The translations under genes were made by a program, and so were the position numbers. A stretch of DNA of 32,047 nucleotides from Verrucomicrobiota bacterium (GTDB lineage: Bacteria > Verrucomicrobiota > Verrucomicrobiia > Limisphaerales > Palsa-1400): positions 1-32,047 of the forward strand of contig JBEKYR010000053.1 in the NCBI GenBank assembly GCA_049510745.1. Direction: 5' to 3'. Under the pieces are notes generated by a model. The model did no database searches, was not told where the DNA came from, and was given only the letters and a program-made list of their open reading frames with translations. Shown one piece after another: positions 1 through 9,092 of this stretch. Numbering within the stretch: position 1 is the stretch's first letter; every line of letters starts with the position of its first letter.

Positions 1-121
1 GCCAGATGGCAAGCGAAAAAGAAAATCCTCTGCCAATGCGAAAGTGCCCCTCCCGATCTTAACCCCTTGATTCTTATGGCATAAGGTAAAAACCGCTAAA
101 TCAACTTACGAAATCGATGGG

Positions 122-425
122 GCCGGCCCAAATCCTCGCGGCCTTGCCCACGGCTGGCTCATGAAACCTTTTAGGGAACCCCCGGACGCGGCAGCGCGTC
201 CCTGCTACCAAATTTCGGGTGGTTAGGGACGCGCTGCCGCGCGTCCGGGGCGCAGAAGGGTCTTCATGAGCCAGCCGTGGGCCTTACCGCCGAGCGATGA
301 CCTATGCAATTTGGATAGGAGGGCGAAGAAGCGGCCGGCGAGGGCACCGACCGCTGCACGCGGGGGCGCGTGCGCTCCCGGGATGTACTGCAATGGTTCT
401 TCGTTGCGAGGATTTGGGGGCCGGC
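122..425. repeat. Nested inverted-repeat/REP cluster downstream of gspK
   Basis: Outer IR gccggcccaaatcctcgc (122-139) pairs with gcgaggatttgggggccggc (406-425). Inner long palindrome has arms 146-210 and 220-282, each carrying a REP-A copy. A REP-B copy lies at about 335-380. Confidence 0.85.
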
Positions 426-1570
426 TATTCCCAATAAAACTTGACGCACTTGAACTGCTGGGCGCCGGCGCCGCCGCGGCTGACCACGCCGTAAAAGCTG
501 CGTTTGTAGCCGTTGATTTCCGCGTCCACCCGCACCTCGAAGACGTAGCTGCGCACGCCGATGTAGTTGGCCAGATTTTGCGTCGGGTTCCCCGGTTGGG
601 GGGCGCCGGTGACATTCATGCCGTTGATCTCGCCGGGGCTTAGAAAGGGCGCGTCGTCTTCGGTGCCGTCGATTCCGTCCGGCCCGGCCCGGCGGCGGAT
701 GATTTCCGCGGCGGCCCCTTCGTCAATGCCCGGGATCAACTGCAGCGTCTTGATCGAGGCGGTGTTGATGTTGAGGGGCCCGCCCATGGGCGAGAATAAT
801 TCCTGCAATCCGACCGGGTACACCGGCTCGTCATTGTTGCGAAAGTGGCCGCCGGAGGTGGAGGTTGGCCGGTCAAAGGCGCCGCCGCCATGCTGTTGGT
901 AGGCGGAGATGGGATGATTGGTCGAGTTGGAACCCCAGTATATCTCCGGGGTCACCCCCTTGATCAAAAGCAATTCCGTCAAATCGTCGATGGTCCCGTT
1001 CTTGCAATAATAGGGCGGGTTGAGCCGCTTGTAATAGTCGTCCTTGGCGCCGCTGAACAGGGCGGTGGTGTTGGGACTGCACCAGTCACGAATCGAGTCG
1101 GAGATGGTCGAGGACAGCCCCGCGTCCGTCACGCCCACCTCGGTCAGCGCCTTTTGCAGCACCTCCAATTGCGGGGCGCGCGGATTGGCGACCAGGTTGA
1201 TGTCCCACTTGCGCTCCATGTCGGTGATGGTGACGGAAAAGTGGCCCAGGCCCAGCGGCACGTCCTTGAGCGAGATTTGCGGCATGTCGTTGCTGCACGG
1301 CGCGGCGCCGCCGGCCCAGAACTGGTTGAGCGCGTCGATGCCCCGCTGCTCCGGGCATTTGTTGGCCAGGGCGAAGCGCGCCAACTCAATGCCCGAACGC
1401 CCCATCCATTCCAATTCCAGGTCGTAGTCCGCGTTGCGCGCCAGGCGCACCTCGGTGCTCATGGACAAGGCAAACGAAGCCACCAAGGCCGTCAAGGCGA
1501 TGATCGTGATCATCACCATGATCAAGGCGAAAGCGGCGCGCGGGGCTGGATTGGAGGTTCGAGTTTTCAA
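425..1570 (-). CDS. gspK: Type II secretion system minor pseudopilin GspK
   Basis: 381 aa. N-terminal AF-ALIMVMI hydrophobic helix without Glu5, YYCKNG..DDLTELLLIKGVT and LNINTAS...LQLIPGI motifs, last gene of the pseudopilin run; 4-bp overlap with the upstream gene. Confidence 0.88.
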   Translation of the reverse strand: MKTRTSNPAPRAAFALIMVMITIIALTALVASFALSMSTEVRLARNADYDLELEWMGRSGIELARFALANKCPEQRGIDALNQFWAGGAAPCSNDMPQISLKDVPLGLGHFSVTITDMERKWDINLVANPRAPQLEVLQKALTEVGVTDAGLSSTISDSIRDWCSPNTTALFSGAKDDYYKRLNPPYYCKNGTIDDLTELLLIKGVTPEIYWGSNSTNHPISAYQQHGGGAFDRPTSTSGGHFRNNDEPVYPVGLQELFSPMGGPLNINTASIKTLQLIPGIDEGAAAEIIRRRAGPDGIDGTEDDAPFLSPGEINGMNVTGAPQPGNPTQNLANYIGVRSYVFEVRVDAEINGYKRSFYGVVSRGGAGAQQFKCVKFYWE

Positions 1571-2229
1571 TGGGCACCAGCCGGCATGGCTACCGTGCGC
1601 ACGATCACTTCATAGGGCGCCTCGGGATGCTCGGCCGAGTGGCCGCACCCCAGCGTGACCCGGATCATGGGCGGAAACTGATTGGTCTGGTCGAACGACA
1701 CCACCCAGTCGCCGTCCTGGATCGACCAGAATTCGAGCATGAAGACGTTGACATCGCGCGCCAGCGTAATGGGGTAGGGGGTGTTGGCTCCATCCAGCGC
1801 CTCCAGCAAAGGCGCCTGGGTCATGACCAGGTTGTTTTGTCCATCGTTGCCGCGTTCGACATCAAAGGTGACGCGGCGGATGACATTGTCGCCAAACAAA
1901 CTCGATCCCGGAAAGGCCGCCGGCAGATGGGCCGCCAGGCTCAAGGAGGCAAATTTGTCGCTGGTGTCGGTCAGGAACGCGTAATACGGGATACTGGAAG
2001 GGGAGGTGGAGATTTCCGCGCATTCCAGCGCCTCCTCGACCGATTTGATCCCAATGCGCGCCCGTTGCGCCGCGGCGGCGGCTTGTTCGGCGACGATCTT
2101 GCCGGTGACGATGACTTTCCAGCAGGAGAGCACGCTAACCATGATGAAGGAAAAGACCGTGATGGCCACCATCACTTCCAACATGGTGAAAGCCGCCGCA
2201 ATTGGCCCGCTGGAGGTTCTGGCGCGCAT
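1567..2229 (-). CDS. gspJ: Prepilin-type minor pseudopilin, GspJ-like
   Basis: 220 aa. AAAF-TMLEVMVA cleavage/methylation motif; C-terminal P.MIRVTL typical of GspJ; position between I and K. Confidence 0.75.
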   Translation of the reverse strand: MRARTSSGPIAAAFTMLEVMVAITVFSFIMVSVLSCWKVIVTGKIVAEQAAAAAQRARIGIKSVEEALECAEISTSPSSIPYYAFLTDTSDKFASLSLAAHLPAAFPGSSLFGDNVIRRVTFDVERGNDGQNNLVMTQAPLLEALDGANTPYPITLARDVNVFMLEFWSIQDGDWVVSFDQTNQFPPMIRVTLGCGHSAEHPEAPYEVIVRTVAMPAGAH

Positions 2230-2232
2230 ATT

Positions 2233-2625
2233 TCAGTGAAATCCCAGTCCGGTCTTCGACTCCGGCCGATAGAAGAGCGCGCTCAAGGTGGAGCTTTGCA
2301 CGCCATCGGGGTCCACCACCACGAAATCGACCTGGAACAAGTTGGTTGCCGTGGGCACTTCCCGGCAGTTATAGACCCAGCGATAGTCCTTATAGATGCC
2401 GATGTCGCTGAAGTTTCCCGAAACGCTTCCTTCCTCCAATTGGTTGGTGACGGACAATTGCGCGGCGACCATGCCCGCCGTCGGGCCGCTCTTGCGCAGG
2501 ATGGCGGCGGCATGGACGCCGGAACTCATCACGCCCAGGATGGCAAACATCGCCATGAAGAAGATGGCGATCGCCACCATGACCTCCACCAGGGTGAAGG
2601 CGGCCGGTTGTTTGCCCGCTTTCAT
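2233..2625 (-). CDS. gspI: Prepilin-type minor pseudopilin, GspI-like
   Basis: 130 aa. AAF-TLVEVMVAIAIF motif; size and position fit GspI. Confidence 0.72.
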   Translation of the reverse strand: MKAGKQPAAFTLVEVMVAIAIFFMAMFAILGVMSSGVHAAAILRKSGPTAGMVAAQLSVTNQLEEGSVSGNFSDIGIYKDYRWVYNCREVPTATNLFQVDFVVVDPDGVQSSTLSALFYRPESKTGLGFH

Positions 2626-3086
2626 CGCACAGTCTCCACCACGGCCAGCGCCGTGACCGTGTCCAAATAAATTTTCCGCACCGCGCCGTCGTTGGAATGG
2701 AGCACAATGGTGAACTCATCGCTGGTGCCGTTGGGAAAGAAATGCACGCGCGCCTCGTGCGATTTTTCGAGTTCGATGAAGTTGACCCCAAGAATGTCGA
2801 TCGAGACGTCGCTGGGAAGTTCTTTGCGCTCATAGGCCCCCGGCACTTCGAAGACTCCGTCAAGGGGGTACAAGACCAATTCGGCGGTCTGATTGTTCAT
2901 GATCGCCTGGCGCCGGGCGCTCTGGCAGGCCTCGACCATTTCGCTTTCCGCCTTGCGCATGCCTTCCTTGCGGATCGCCCGGAAAAACGACGGGATGCCC
3001 ATGCTCAAGGTCAGGCCGATGATCGCCACGACCATCATGATCTCGACGAGCGTGAACCCGCCGGGCTGTGGTCGCCGCGTTTTCAT
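2622..3086 (-). CDS. gspH: Prepilin-type minor pseudopilin, GspH/FimT-like
   Basis: GGF-TLVEIMMVVAIIG, AR..AI and FFPNGTS motifs. ATG at 3086 (154 aa); an in-frame GTG at 3152 overlapping the gspF stop is an alternative start. Confidence 0.78.
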   Translation of the reverse strand: MKTRRPQPGGFTLVEIMMVVAIIGLTLSMGIPSFFRAIRKEGMRKAESEMVEACQSARRQAIMNNQTAELVLYPLDGVFEVPGAYERKELPSDVSIDILGVNFIELEKSHEARVHFFPNGTSDEFTIVLHSNDGAVRKIYLDTVTALAVVETVR

Positions 3087-3165
3087 CGGGCCGAAATGCA
3101 CCCCGGACGCGCGGCAGCGCGTCCCTACCGGCTGTGGGCGCCGCGTTTTCACCGGGCCGAAATGC
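3064..3165. repeat. 36-bp direct repeat flanking a REP-A copy
   Basis: 3064-3099 and 3130-3165 match at 34/36. The spacer contains 3101-3127, the exact reverse complement of 224-250. Confidence 0.92.
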
Positions 3166-4426
3166 TGGAGGTTATGGCGAAGAGCGCCGAAAGAACGCTG
3201 ACGAGCAGGAAGCCCACCCCCAGCGCCATCACACAAATAATGACCGGCTCGATCATGTTGGTCATCACGCGCAAGGCGAGCTGCAGTTCGCCCTCATAAG
3301 TCTCGGCCAGATTGTTCAACGAGCCGGGCACGTCGCCGGTTTCCTCGCCGATCTTGATCAAATCCACCATCAACTGCGGAAAGATTTTGCTCCGCGCCAG
3401 GGGTTGGGCCAGCGTTTTGCCGTCGGTCACTTCCTGGCGCGTCTTGGCGAGCGCCTCGCGGATGATGCTGTTGGAAAGGGTCTGCTCGGTGATTTCCAGC
3501 GCCGTCAGCACCGGCACGCCGTTTTGCAGCAGCGTCCCCAGCGTGCGCGAAAACTGCCCGAAGATGTGCATGCGCATGACCTTCCCGAAGACCGGCGCGT
3601 TGAGGCGCCAGCGGTCCAGCGTCCGTTTGCCGCGCTCCGACGCGCGGAAGCGGTTGAAAAGGATGGCGGCGGCAATGAGGATGAGCACCATGACCCACCA
3701 CCAATGCTTGAAGAAATCGTTCAAGCCAATGAGCATGCGGGTGGCCAGCGGCAATTGCACGTGGAGTCCCTCGAAGAGCCTGAGAAAACTCGGCAGCATC
3801 ACTGTCATAAAGAAAATGCTGATGGCGATCCCGACGCAGCAGACGAAGGCCGGGTAGATCATGGCGGAGGTGAACTTGGCCTGCACCTCGGAAAACCGCT
3901 CGAAATGGTCCCCCATCCGCCGCAGCACCTCCACCAGCGCCCCGCTTTGCTCTCCGGCCCGGACCATGTTGATGTAGAGATCGGAGAAGATGACCGGCTG
4001 CTTGGCCATCGCCTCGGACAGCCCTTTGCCCTCGGTCACGTCTATTTTGAGTTGCCGGCTGACCTCCGAGGGGATGCCCTTGGTTTCCAGGTGCGTCATG
4101 CTGTTGAGGGCGACGGTCAAGGGCATGCCCGACTTGAGCAAATTGGCCAACTGATTGGTGAAGGTCGCCAATTCCTGCAATTTGGGTTTGCGCTGCCGGT
4201 TGAAATACGGGCGCAAGCTCGGCGGCAGCGATTCCGTCCACGAAACTCTCGCGGCGCCCGGCCGTTCCGCCGCCGCGGCAGCCGCGCCTTTGGCCATTTC
4301 GACGGCGATGGGGAACAACCCCAAGCGGTCGATGTGGGTCAACGCCGCGCCGCGATCGGCGACCTCCAGGACGCCGGTGACCGTCTGGCCGTCGCGGCGG
4401 CGGGCTTTATATTGGAACTGGGCCAT
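3149..4426 (-). CDS. gspF: Type II secretion system F family (GspF/PilC) platform protein
   Basis: 425 aa. FTNQLANLLKSGMPL, YINMVRAGEQSGAL, AMIYP, IKIGEETGD and MIEPVII motifs give two T2SSF domains. Confidence 0.95.
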   Translation of the reverse strand: MAQFQYKARRRDGQTVTGVLEVADRGAALTHIDRLGLFPIAVEMAKGAAAAAAERPGAARVSWTESLPPSLRPYFNRQRKPKLQELATFTNQLANLLKSGMPLTVALNSMTHLETKGIPSEVSRQLKIDVTEGKGLSEAMAKQPVIFSDLYINMVRAGEQSGALVEVLRRMGDHFERFSEVQAKFTSAMIYPAFVCCVGIAISIFFMTVMLPSFLRLFEGLHVQLPLATRMLIGLNDFFKHWWWVMVLILIAAAILFNRFRASERGKRTLDRWRLNAPVFGKVMRMHIFGQFSRTLGTLLQNGVPVLTALEITEQTLSNSIIREALAKTRQEVTDGKTLAQPLARSKIFPQLMVDLIKIGEETGDVPGSLNNLAETYEGELQLALRVMTNMIEPVIICVMALGVGFLLVSVLSALFAITSSISAR

Positions 4427-4552
4427 AATTCGACAACAGCCAATTTGCCCCTATATAAACCCGCCGCCAAGGAAAAGTTGCAAGCCGAATATGCCAGCCG
4501 TAAGCTGAGAGCCTTGGATTGGTGTGAACGACGAAATGTGGCGCGAAGGAGA

Positions 4553-6883
4553 ATGACCTTTCTGGCCATTGGATCCGGCCGTCTTGCCGCGTTTTTTTGG
4601 ATGGCTGCCAGTCTGGGTCAAGCGGCATTTTGCGCGGGTGGCGCGGAGACAGGCCAAGCCAGGGTGGCGCCCGTCGTGGCGCTACAGGCGGAACCGTTCC
4701 CTCTTCAGAACGTGCGGCTTCTGGAAGGCCCTTTCCGGCACGCCATGGAACTGGACCGCGCCTATCTTTTATCGCTCCAGCCGGACCGGTTGCTGCACGA
4801 TTTTCGTTTGAAAGCCGGCCTGCCATCGTCCGCCAAGCCGTATGGCGGTTGGATGTCTAAAGAAAACTACGCCGGCTGCGGCCAGTTTGTGGGCCATTAC
4901 CTGTCGGCGTGCGCGATGATGTACGGGAGCACGGGCGATGAGCGGTTGAAGCAAAACGCGGCGGAGGTGGTCGCGGGCTTCGGGGAGTGTCAAAAGAAAT
5001 GGGGCACGGGCTTCCTGCATACGCAGGCGGACAATTTCAGCACGCGTGGTGAAGCGCCGCTGGGGCTGTGGTATGGGATTCACAAGTTCATAGCCGGTTT
5101 GCTGGACATGTATGTCTATTGCGACAACGGCGAGGCGCTGGAAATCGCCAGCCGCCTTGGGGACTGGGCCAAGGCGGGCGCGGACAAGCTCAGCGACGTC
5201 CAGATGCAGAAGATGCTGGAGGTCGAGCATGGGGGAATCAATGAGGCGCTGGCCAACCTGTCTGCGTTGACGGGCAAGGAGGAGTATCTCAAATTGGCGC
5301 TGCGGTTTAACCACCAGGAGATCATTGGCCCGGCGTCGCGGCGGGAGGATAATCTCACCGGCAAGCACGCCAACACCCAGATTCCGAAATTCATCGGCGT
5401 CGCGCGGGAATATGAACTGACGGGCCAGGATTCGCTGAAAACGGCGGCGGCTTTCTTCTGGGACACGGTGGTTAGGGAACGTTCGTATGTCATCGGCGGC
5501 AACAGTTTTGGTGAGATGTTCTCGGTGAAGGAAAAACTTTCGGAAGCGCTTGGGCCGAACACGTGCGAGACGTGCAACACGTATAACATGCTGAAGTTGA
5601 CGCGGCACCTGTACTGCTGGGAACCGCGGGCGGAGTATGCCGATTATTACGAACGGGCGCTCTATAACCACATTCTGGCGTCGCAGAATCCAGCGACTGG
5701 GATGATGTGCTATTTTCTGCCGCTCTCCGACGGAGCGAAGGAGTATTGCACACCGGAGGACAGTTTCTGGTGTTGCACCGGCACGGGCATCGAGAACCAT
5801 GCGAAGTACGGCGACAGCATTTTCTTTCACCAGGGGCAAACGGCGCTGTTTGCGAATCTGTTCATCGCCTCGGAATTGCGCTGGCCCGCTCTCGGCTTGG
5901 TTTTGCGCCAAGAAACGAAATATCCCGAACAAGGACGCACGCGGTTTGTATTTGCCTGCGAGAAGCCCATTCGGCTTCGCTTCCAAATCCGGCATCCGTA
6001 CTGGGCAACCTCGGGTTTTGACATTCGAGTTAACGGCGTAAAGGAGGCGGACGAGAGCGTACCCGGAAGCTATGCCGTAGTCGCGCGGAATTGGAACAAT
6101 GGCGACACGGTGGAGGTCAACATGCCATTCAGCCTTCGAACGGAAGGTTTTCGCGACAACCCTCATCGGGTAGCCGTGATGTATGGCCCGCTGGTGCTCT
6201 GCGCGGAGTCGCAAGAAGACCCGGAGGGTGCGTGCCCGGCCATCATCAACGAAGAGGGCAATTTGACCTCCGGACTCAAAGCCGTGCCTGGCCAGCCTTG
6301 CAACTTCAGCGGCTCATCCCAAATTCTGCGTTTGAGTTTGGAGAACGCCCACGGCGTGACGCTGGAGCCGATCCATGCCATGCACGGGAATCGCAAATAC
6401 GTGGTTTACTGGAACCAGTTGACGCCTGCCGAGTGGCAGAGGAACCTGGCTGATTACCAGGCGCTGAAGGCCCGCACGGTTGATCGCGTCCTTCCGGGTC
6501 ATGAGCAAAGCGAGCGCGCCCACGGCTTTCAGGGGGTCAGCACCGGCACGGACGGCAGCCGTTGGCGCGATGCTTTTGAGGGCGGCTGGTTTTCCTGGGA
6601 CTTGAAAGTGCATCCGGGTCAGCCGCAAGAATTGCGCGTCAAGTATTGGGGCGGCGACACCGGAGGGCGCGAATTCGATATCCTCGTGGCGGGCCAAAAG
6701 CTGGCCACAGTAAAGTTGGACAACAACAAACCGGGCCAATTCTATGAAGAGACCTATTCCATTCCGACCGAAATAACACAGGGCAGGAGCAAAATGACCG
6801 TCAAATTCCAGGCGCATCCGGGGAAGATGGCCGGTGGCGTTTTCGGCTGCGCCATAGTCACCTCGTTTGACCGGGGGAAATGA
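4553..6883 (+). CDS. Beta-L-arabinofuranosidase-like glycoside hydrolase (GH127/GH146) with C-terminal beta-sandwich
   Basis: PDRLLHDFR, GHYLSA, EHGGINE, HANTQIPK, ETCNTYNMLKLTR, DYYERALYNHIL and FWCCTGTG motifs; signal-peptide-like N-terminus. Start uncertain (4538, 4553 or 4601). Confidence 0.9.
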   Translation: MTFLAIGSGRLAAFFWMAASLGQAAFCAGGAETGQARVAPVVALQAEPFPLQNVRLLEGPFRHAMELDRAYLLSLQPDRLLHDFRLKAGLPSSAKPYGGWMSKENYAGCGQFVGHYLSACAMMYGSTGDERLKQNAAEVVAGFGECQKKWGTGFLHTQADNFSTRGEAPLGLWYGIHKFIAGLLDMYVYCDNGEALEIASRLGDWAKAGADKLSDVQMQKMLEVEHGGINEALANLSALTGKEEYLKLALRFNHQEIIGPASRREDNLTGKHANTQIPKFIGVAREYELTGQDSLKTAAAFFWDTVVRERSYVIGGNSFGEMFSVKEKLSEALGPNTCETCNTYNMLKLTRHLYCWEPRAEYADYYERALYNHILASQNPATGMMCYFLPLSDGAKEYCTPEDSFWCCTGTGIENHAKYGDSIFFHQGQTALFANLFIASELRWPALGLVLRQETKYPEQGRTRFVFACEKPIRLRFQIRHPYWATSGFDIRVNGVKEADESVPGSYAVVARNWNNGDTVEVNMPFSLRTEGFRDNPHRVAVMYGPLVLCAESQEDPEGACPAIINEEGNLTSGLKAVPGQPCNFSGSSQILRLSLENAHGVTLEPIHAMHGNRKYVVYWNQLTPAEWQRNLADYQALKARTVDRVLPGHEQSERAHGFQGVSTGTDGSRWRDAFEGGWFSWDLKVHPGQPQELRVKYWGGDTGGREFDILVAGQKLATVKLDNNKPGQFYEETYSIPTEITQGRSKMTVKFQAHPGKMAGGVFGCAIVTSFDRGK

Positions 6884-7028
6884 AAGCCGGGCAGGGGACC
6901 GCGGAAGGCGCGCGCCGGATGGCGGAGACGATCTCAAGGGTCGTTCCATAGGCGGCCATTTTTTCTTTGTCTGAATTTGCCGGAACAGGCATCGTCTGAA
7001 AGTGATGCGAATGACCGAGTGTAGAATT

Positions 7029-7988
7029 ATGTCCGCAGCCGGAGGCCGTTTTTGCTTCGCCCTGGGGATGGGTTTGGTGTGGCTGGCGGGCGCCGCCGGC
7101 CGCCTTGAGGGCGGAAACATTTTTGTCCCCAATTACTCCTTTGAATCGCCGGTGATTGGGACGAAGTCCCCCTACGCCGCCCCGGTCCTGGATTCCTGGG
7201 AGGAATCGCCCCAGCCGGGTTGGTATGATCCTGCCAACTTCAACAACTCGCCGTGGGCGTATTTGGTGGGCACCTTTTACAACGTTCCCACTCCCGGCGA
7301 ACACATCGACAATTGCGACGGTGTCCAGGCGGCGTTCCTGTTCGCCCTTCCCCAGGTCGCTATCTTCCAGGACTACGACTCCGTTTCCGGCACCAACACC
7401 GTTCCCGACCACGCGTTCAACGCCACGTTCAACGCCGGCAAAGCCTATACGCTGACCGTCGGACTGATTGGCGGCGGGGGGGGCATGACCAATGGTTCCA
7501 CGTTCCAACTGAGCCTCTATTACCGCGATGCCTCCAATAACATGGTCACCGTCGCGGCGGCCACCGTGACGAACACGGCCGCCAACTTCCCCACCAACAC
7601 GCACTTTGTGGACTTCCAGGTTCAAGTACCCGGCGTCAAAGCGGCCGATCCCTGGGCCGGACAGAACATCGGCATCCAATTGCTCGCGACCCCCGATCCC
7701 TATGACCCCGAACAATGGGGCGGGTATTGGGATGTGGACAACGTGCGTCTGGTCGAAACGGTTGCCCTGAATCTGGTCAACCCGGCCCTGACCAACGGCC
7801 AATTGCAATTCACCGTGCAAAGCGAGCCGGGCGTCGTCTGCCAAATTCTGGCCGCGAGCGATCTCAGTCTGCCGGTGGCCAACTGGACCAGCCTGGCCAC
7901 CCTTACCAACGCCACCGGGAGCCAGCCCTTTGTGGATTCCACGACGGGCCTGGGGCAGCGGTTCTACACGGCGCGGCAGTTGCCGTAA
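7029..7988 (+). CDS. Secreted beta-rich hypothetical protein with ~70-aa C-terminal domain ending [10 protein letters not shown]
   Basis: Signal-peptide-like N-terminus, NYSFESP...DNVRL carbohydrate-binding-like core, strong GC3 bias. Start uncertain (7002-7029). Confidence 0.75.
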   Translation: MSAAGGRFCFALGMGLVWLAGAAGRLEGGNIFVPNYSFESPVIGTKSPYAAPVLDSWEESPQPGWYDPANFNNSPWAYLVGTFYNVPTPGEHIDNCDGVQAAFLFALPQVAIFQDYDSVSGTNTVPDHAFNATFNAGKAYTLTVGLIGGGGGMTNGSTFQLSLYYRDASNNMVTVAAATVTNTAANFPTNTHFVDFQVQVPGVKAADPWAGQNIGIQLLATPDPYDPEQWGGYWDVDNVRLVETVALNLVNPALTNGQLQFTVQSEPGVVCQILAASDLSLPVANWTSLATLTNATGSQPFVDSTTGLGQRFYTARQLP

Positions 7989-8002
7989 CGAAGGAAGCGC
8001 CC

Positions 8003-8794
8003 ATGACAAACCCACCCCGGCCATCACCCCCTCGAGGCTTTACGCTCGTCGAGTTGCTGGTGGTGGTTGCCCTCGTGGCGATCCTGGCGGCGCTGCTCTT
8101 GCCCGCCTTGGCCTCGGCCAAAGAGAAAGGCAAGGGAACCGCTTGCCTGTCCAATCTCAAGCAACTGGGCGTTGCCCTCCGCGCTTATGCCGAAGACAGC
8201 TCCGGGAACATTCCCTTCGGCCCCAAAGCCCCCGCCTTCACCAGCCCGTTTGATCTTTATCCCTCCACCGGCGCGCCCACCAGCCTGATTTCCCTCGGCA
8301 ACGGTGCTCCCGTCGCGTTGGGTCTGCTCCTGCAATCCTATGTGGCCAGGCAGCCGAAGGTTCTGTTCTGTCCCGGCAGCGATCAATTCCTTGACACCGA
8401 CGCCCAACTGGCCCAGGTCGGCCGCAGCCAGGCCCAGTGCAGTTACTATTACCGCCATGCCGGCAACACTTTGCTCTTCGATAACTCCGCCAGCCCCTTC
8501 GTGCCCACCCACATCAAGCTCGACAGCCTGGGCGCCAACCGCAACGGCCAGCCCATCCGCGCCCTGGCCATCGACACCGAGTTCTTGTGCTCGCCCGCGC
8601 TGGCCGCCTACAACGTGCTGCCCAGCACGCATCACCAGCAAATGTACGTCAACATCCTCTTCGCCGACGGCCACGTTGCCGTGCGGCCCAACACCGGCGG
8701 CCGCTTCGTGGTGGACTTGGGCACTGATGTCGATCCCGCCGACGCCTTCGGCCTGATCCTTTCAGTCCTGGAACGGGCCGATACCGAGCCGTGA
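8003..8794 (+). CDS. Prepilin-type N-terminal cleavage/methylation protein with H-X9-DG-like C-terminal motif
   Basis: [42 protein letters not shown] and HH....NILFADGHV motifs; aaggaag upstream of the ATG. Confidence 0.9.
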   Translation: MTNPPRPSPPRGFTLVELLVVVALVAILAALLLPALASAKEKGKGTACLSNLKQLGVALRAYAEDSSGNIPFGPKAPAFTSPFDLYPSTGAPTSLISLGNGAPVALGLLLQSYVARQPKVLFCPGSDQFLDTDAQLAQVGRSQAQCSYYYRHAGNTLLFDNSASPFVPTHIKLDSLGANRNGQPIRALAIDTEFLCSPALAAYNVLPSTHHQQMYVNILFADGHVAVRPNTGGRFVVDLGTDVDPADAFGLILSVLERADTEP

Positions 8795-8807
8795 ATTGGG
8801 GTGGCGC

Positions 8808-9089
8808 TCAACTGACGGGCAACAGGGAAACTCGCTCGCCCTTGTCGTTGCGCGTGACGCCCTGCGCGCGCGGGTCGAGGGTCAAAACGCCATCGACCAG
8901 AAACGCGTAACGATGGTGGCCGTGCTTTAAATCCACGCTCAAGAGCCAGGAACGGTCCGGCGTTTGTTTCATGGGATGGGCGGCGGCGTTCCAGCGATTA
9001 AAGTCGCCCACCACGCTGACGGATTTGGCGTGGGGCGCCCGGCAGACAAAATTGACCGTGCGCAGGGTCTTTTGGCGGATGGGATACAT
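8808..9089 (-). CDS. Stand-alone glycogen-binding domain protein (CBM48/AMPK-beta, isoamylase early-set like)
   Basis: 93 aa. AKSVSVVGDFNRWN, LKHGHHRYAFLVDG and DP motifs. Confidence 0.9.
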   Translation of the reverse strand: MYPIRQKTLRTVNFVCRAPHAKSVSVVGDFNRWNAAAHPMKQTPDRSWLLSVDLKHGHHRYAFLVDGVLTLDPRAQGVTRNDKGERVSLLPVS

Positions 9090-9092
9090 GGA

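Noticed and set aside
3068..4552. N-terminal 495 aa of the 1271-aa plus-strand ORF
   Set aside because: Antisense shadow of gspF; glycosidase similarity begins only near 4553.
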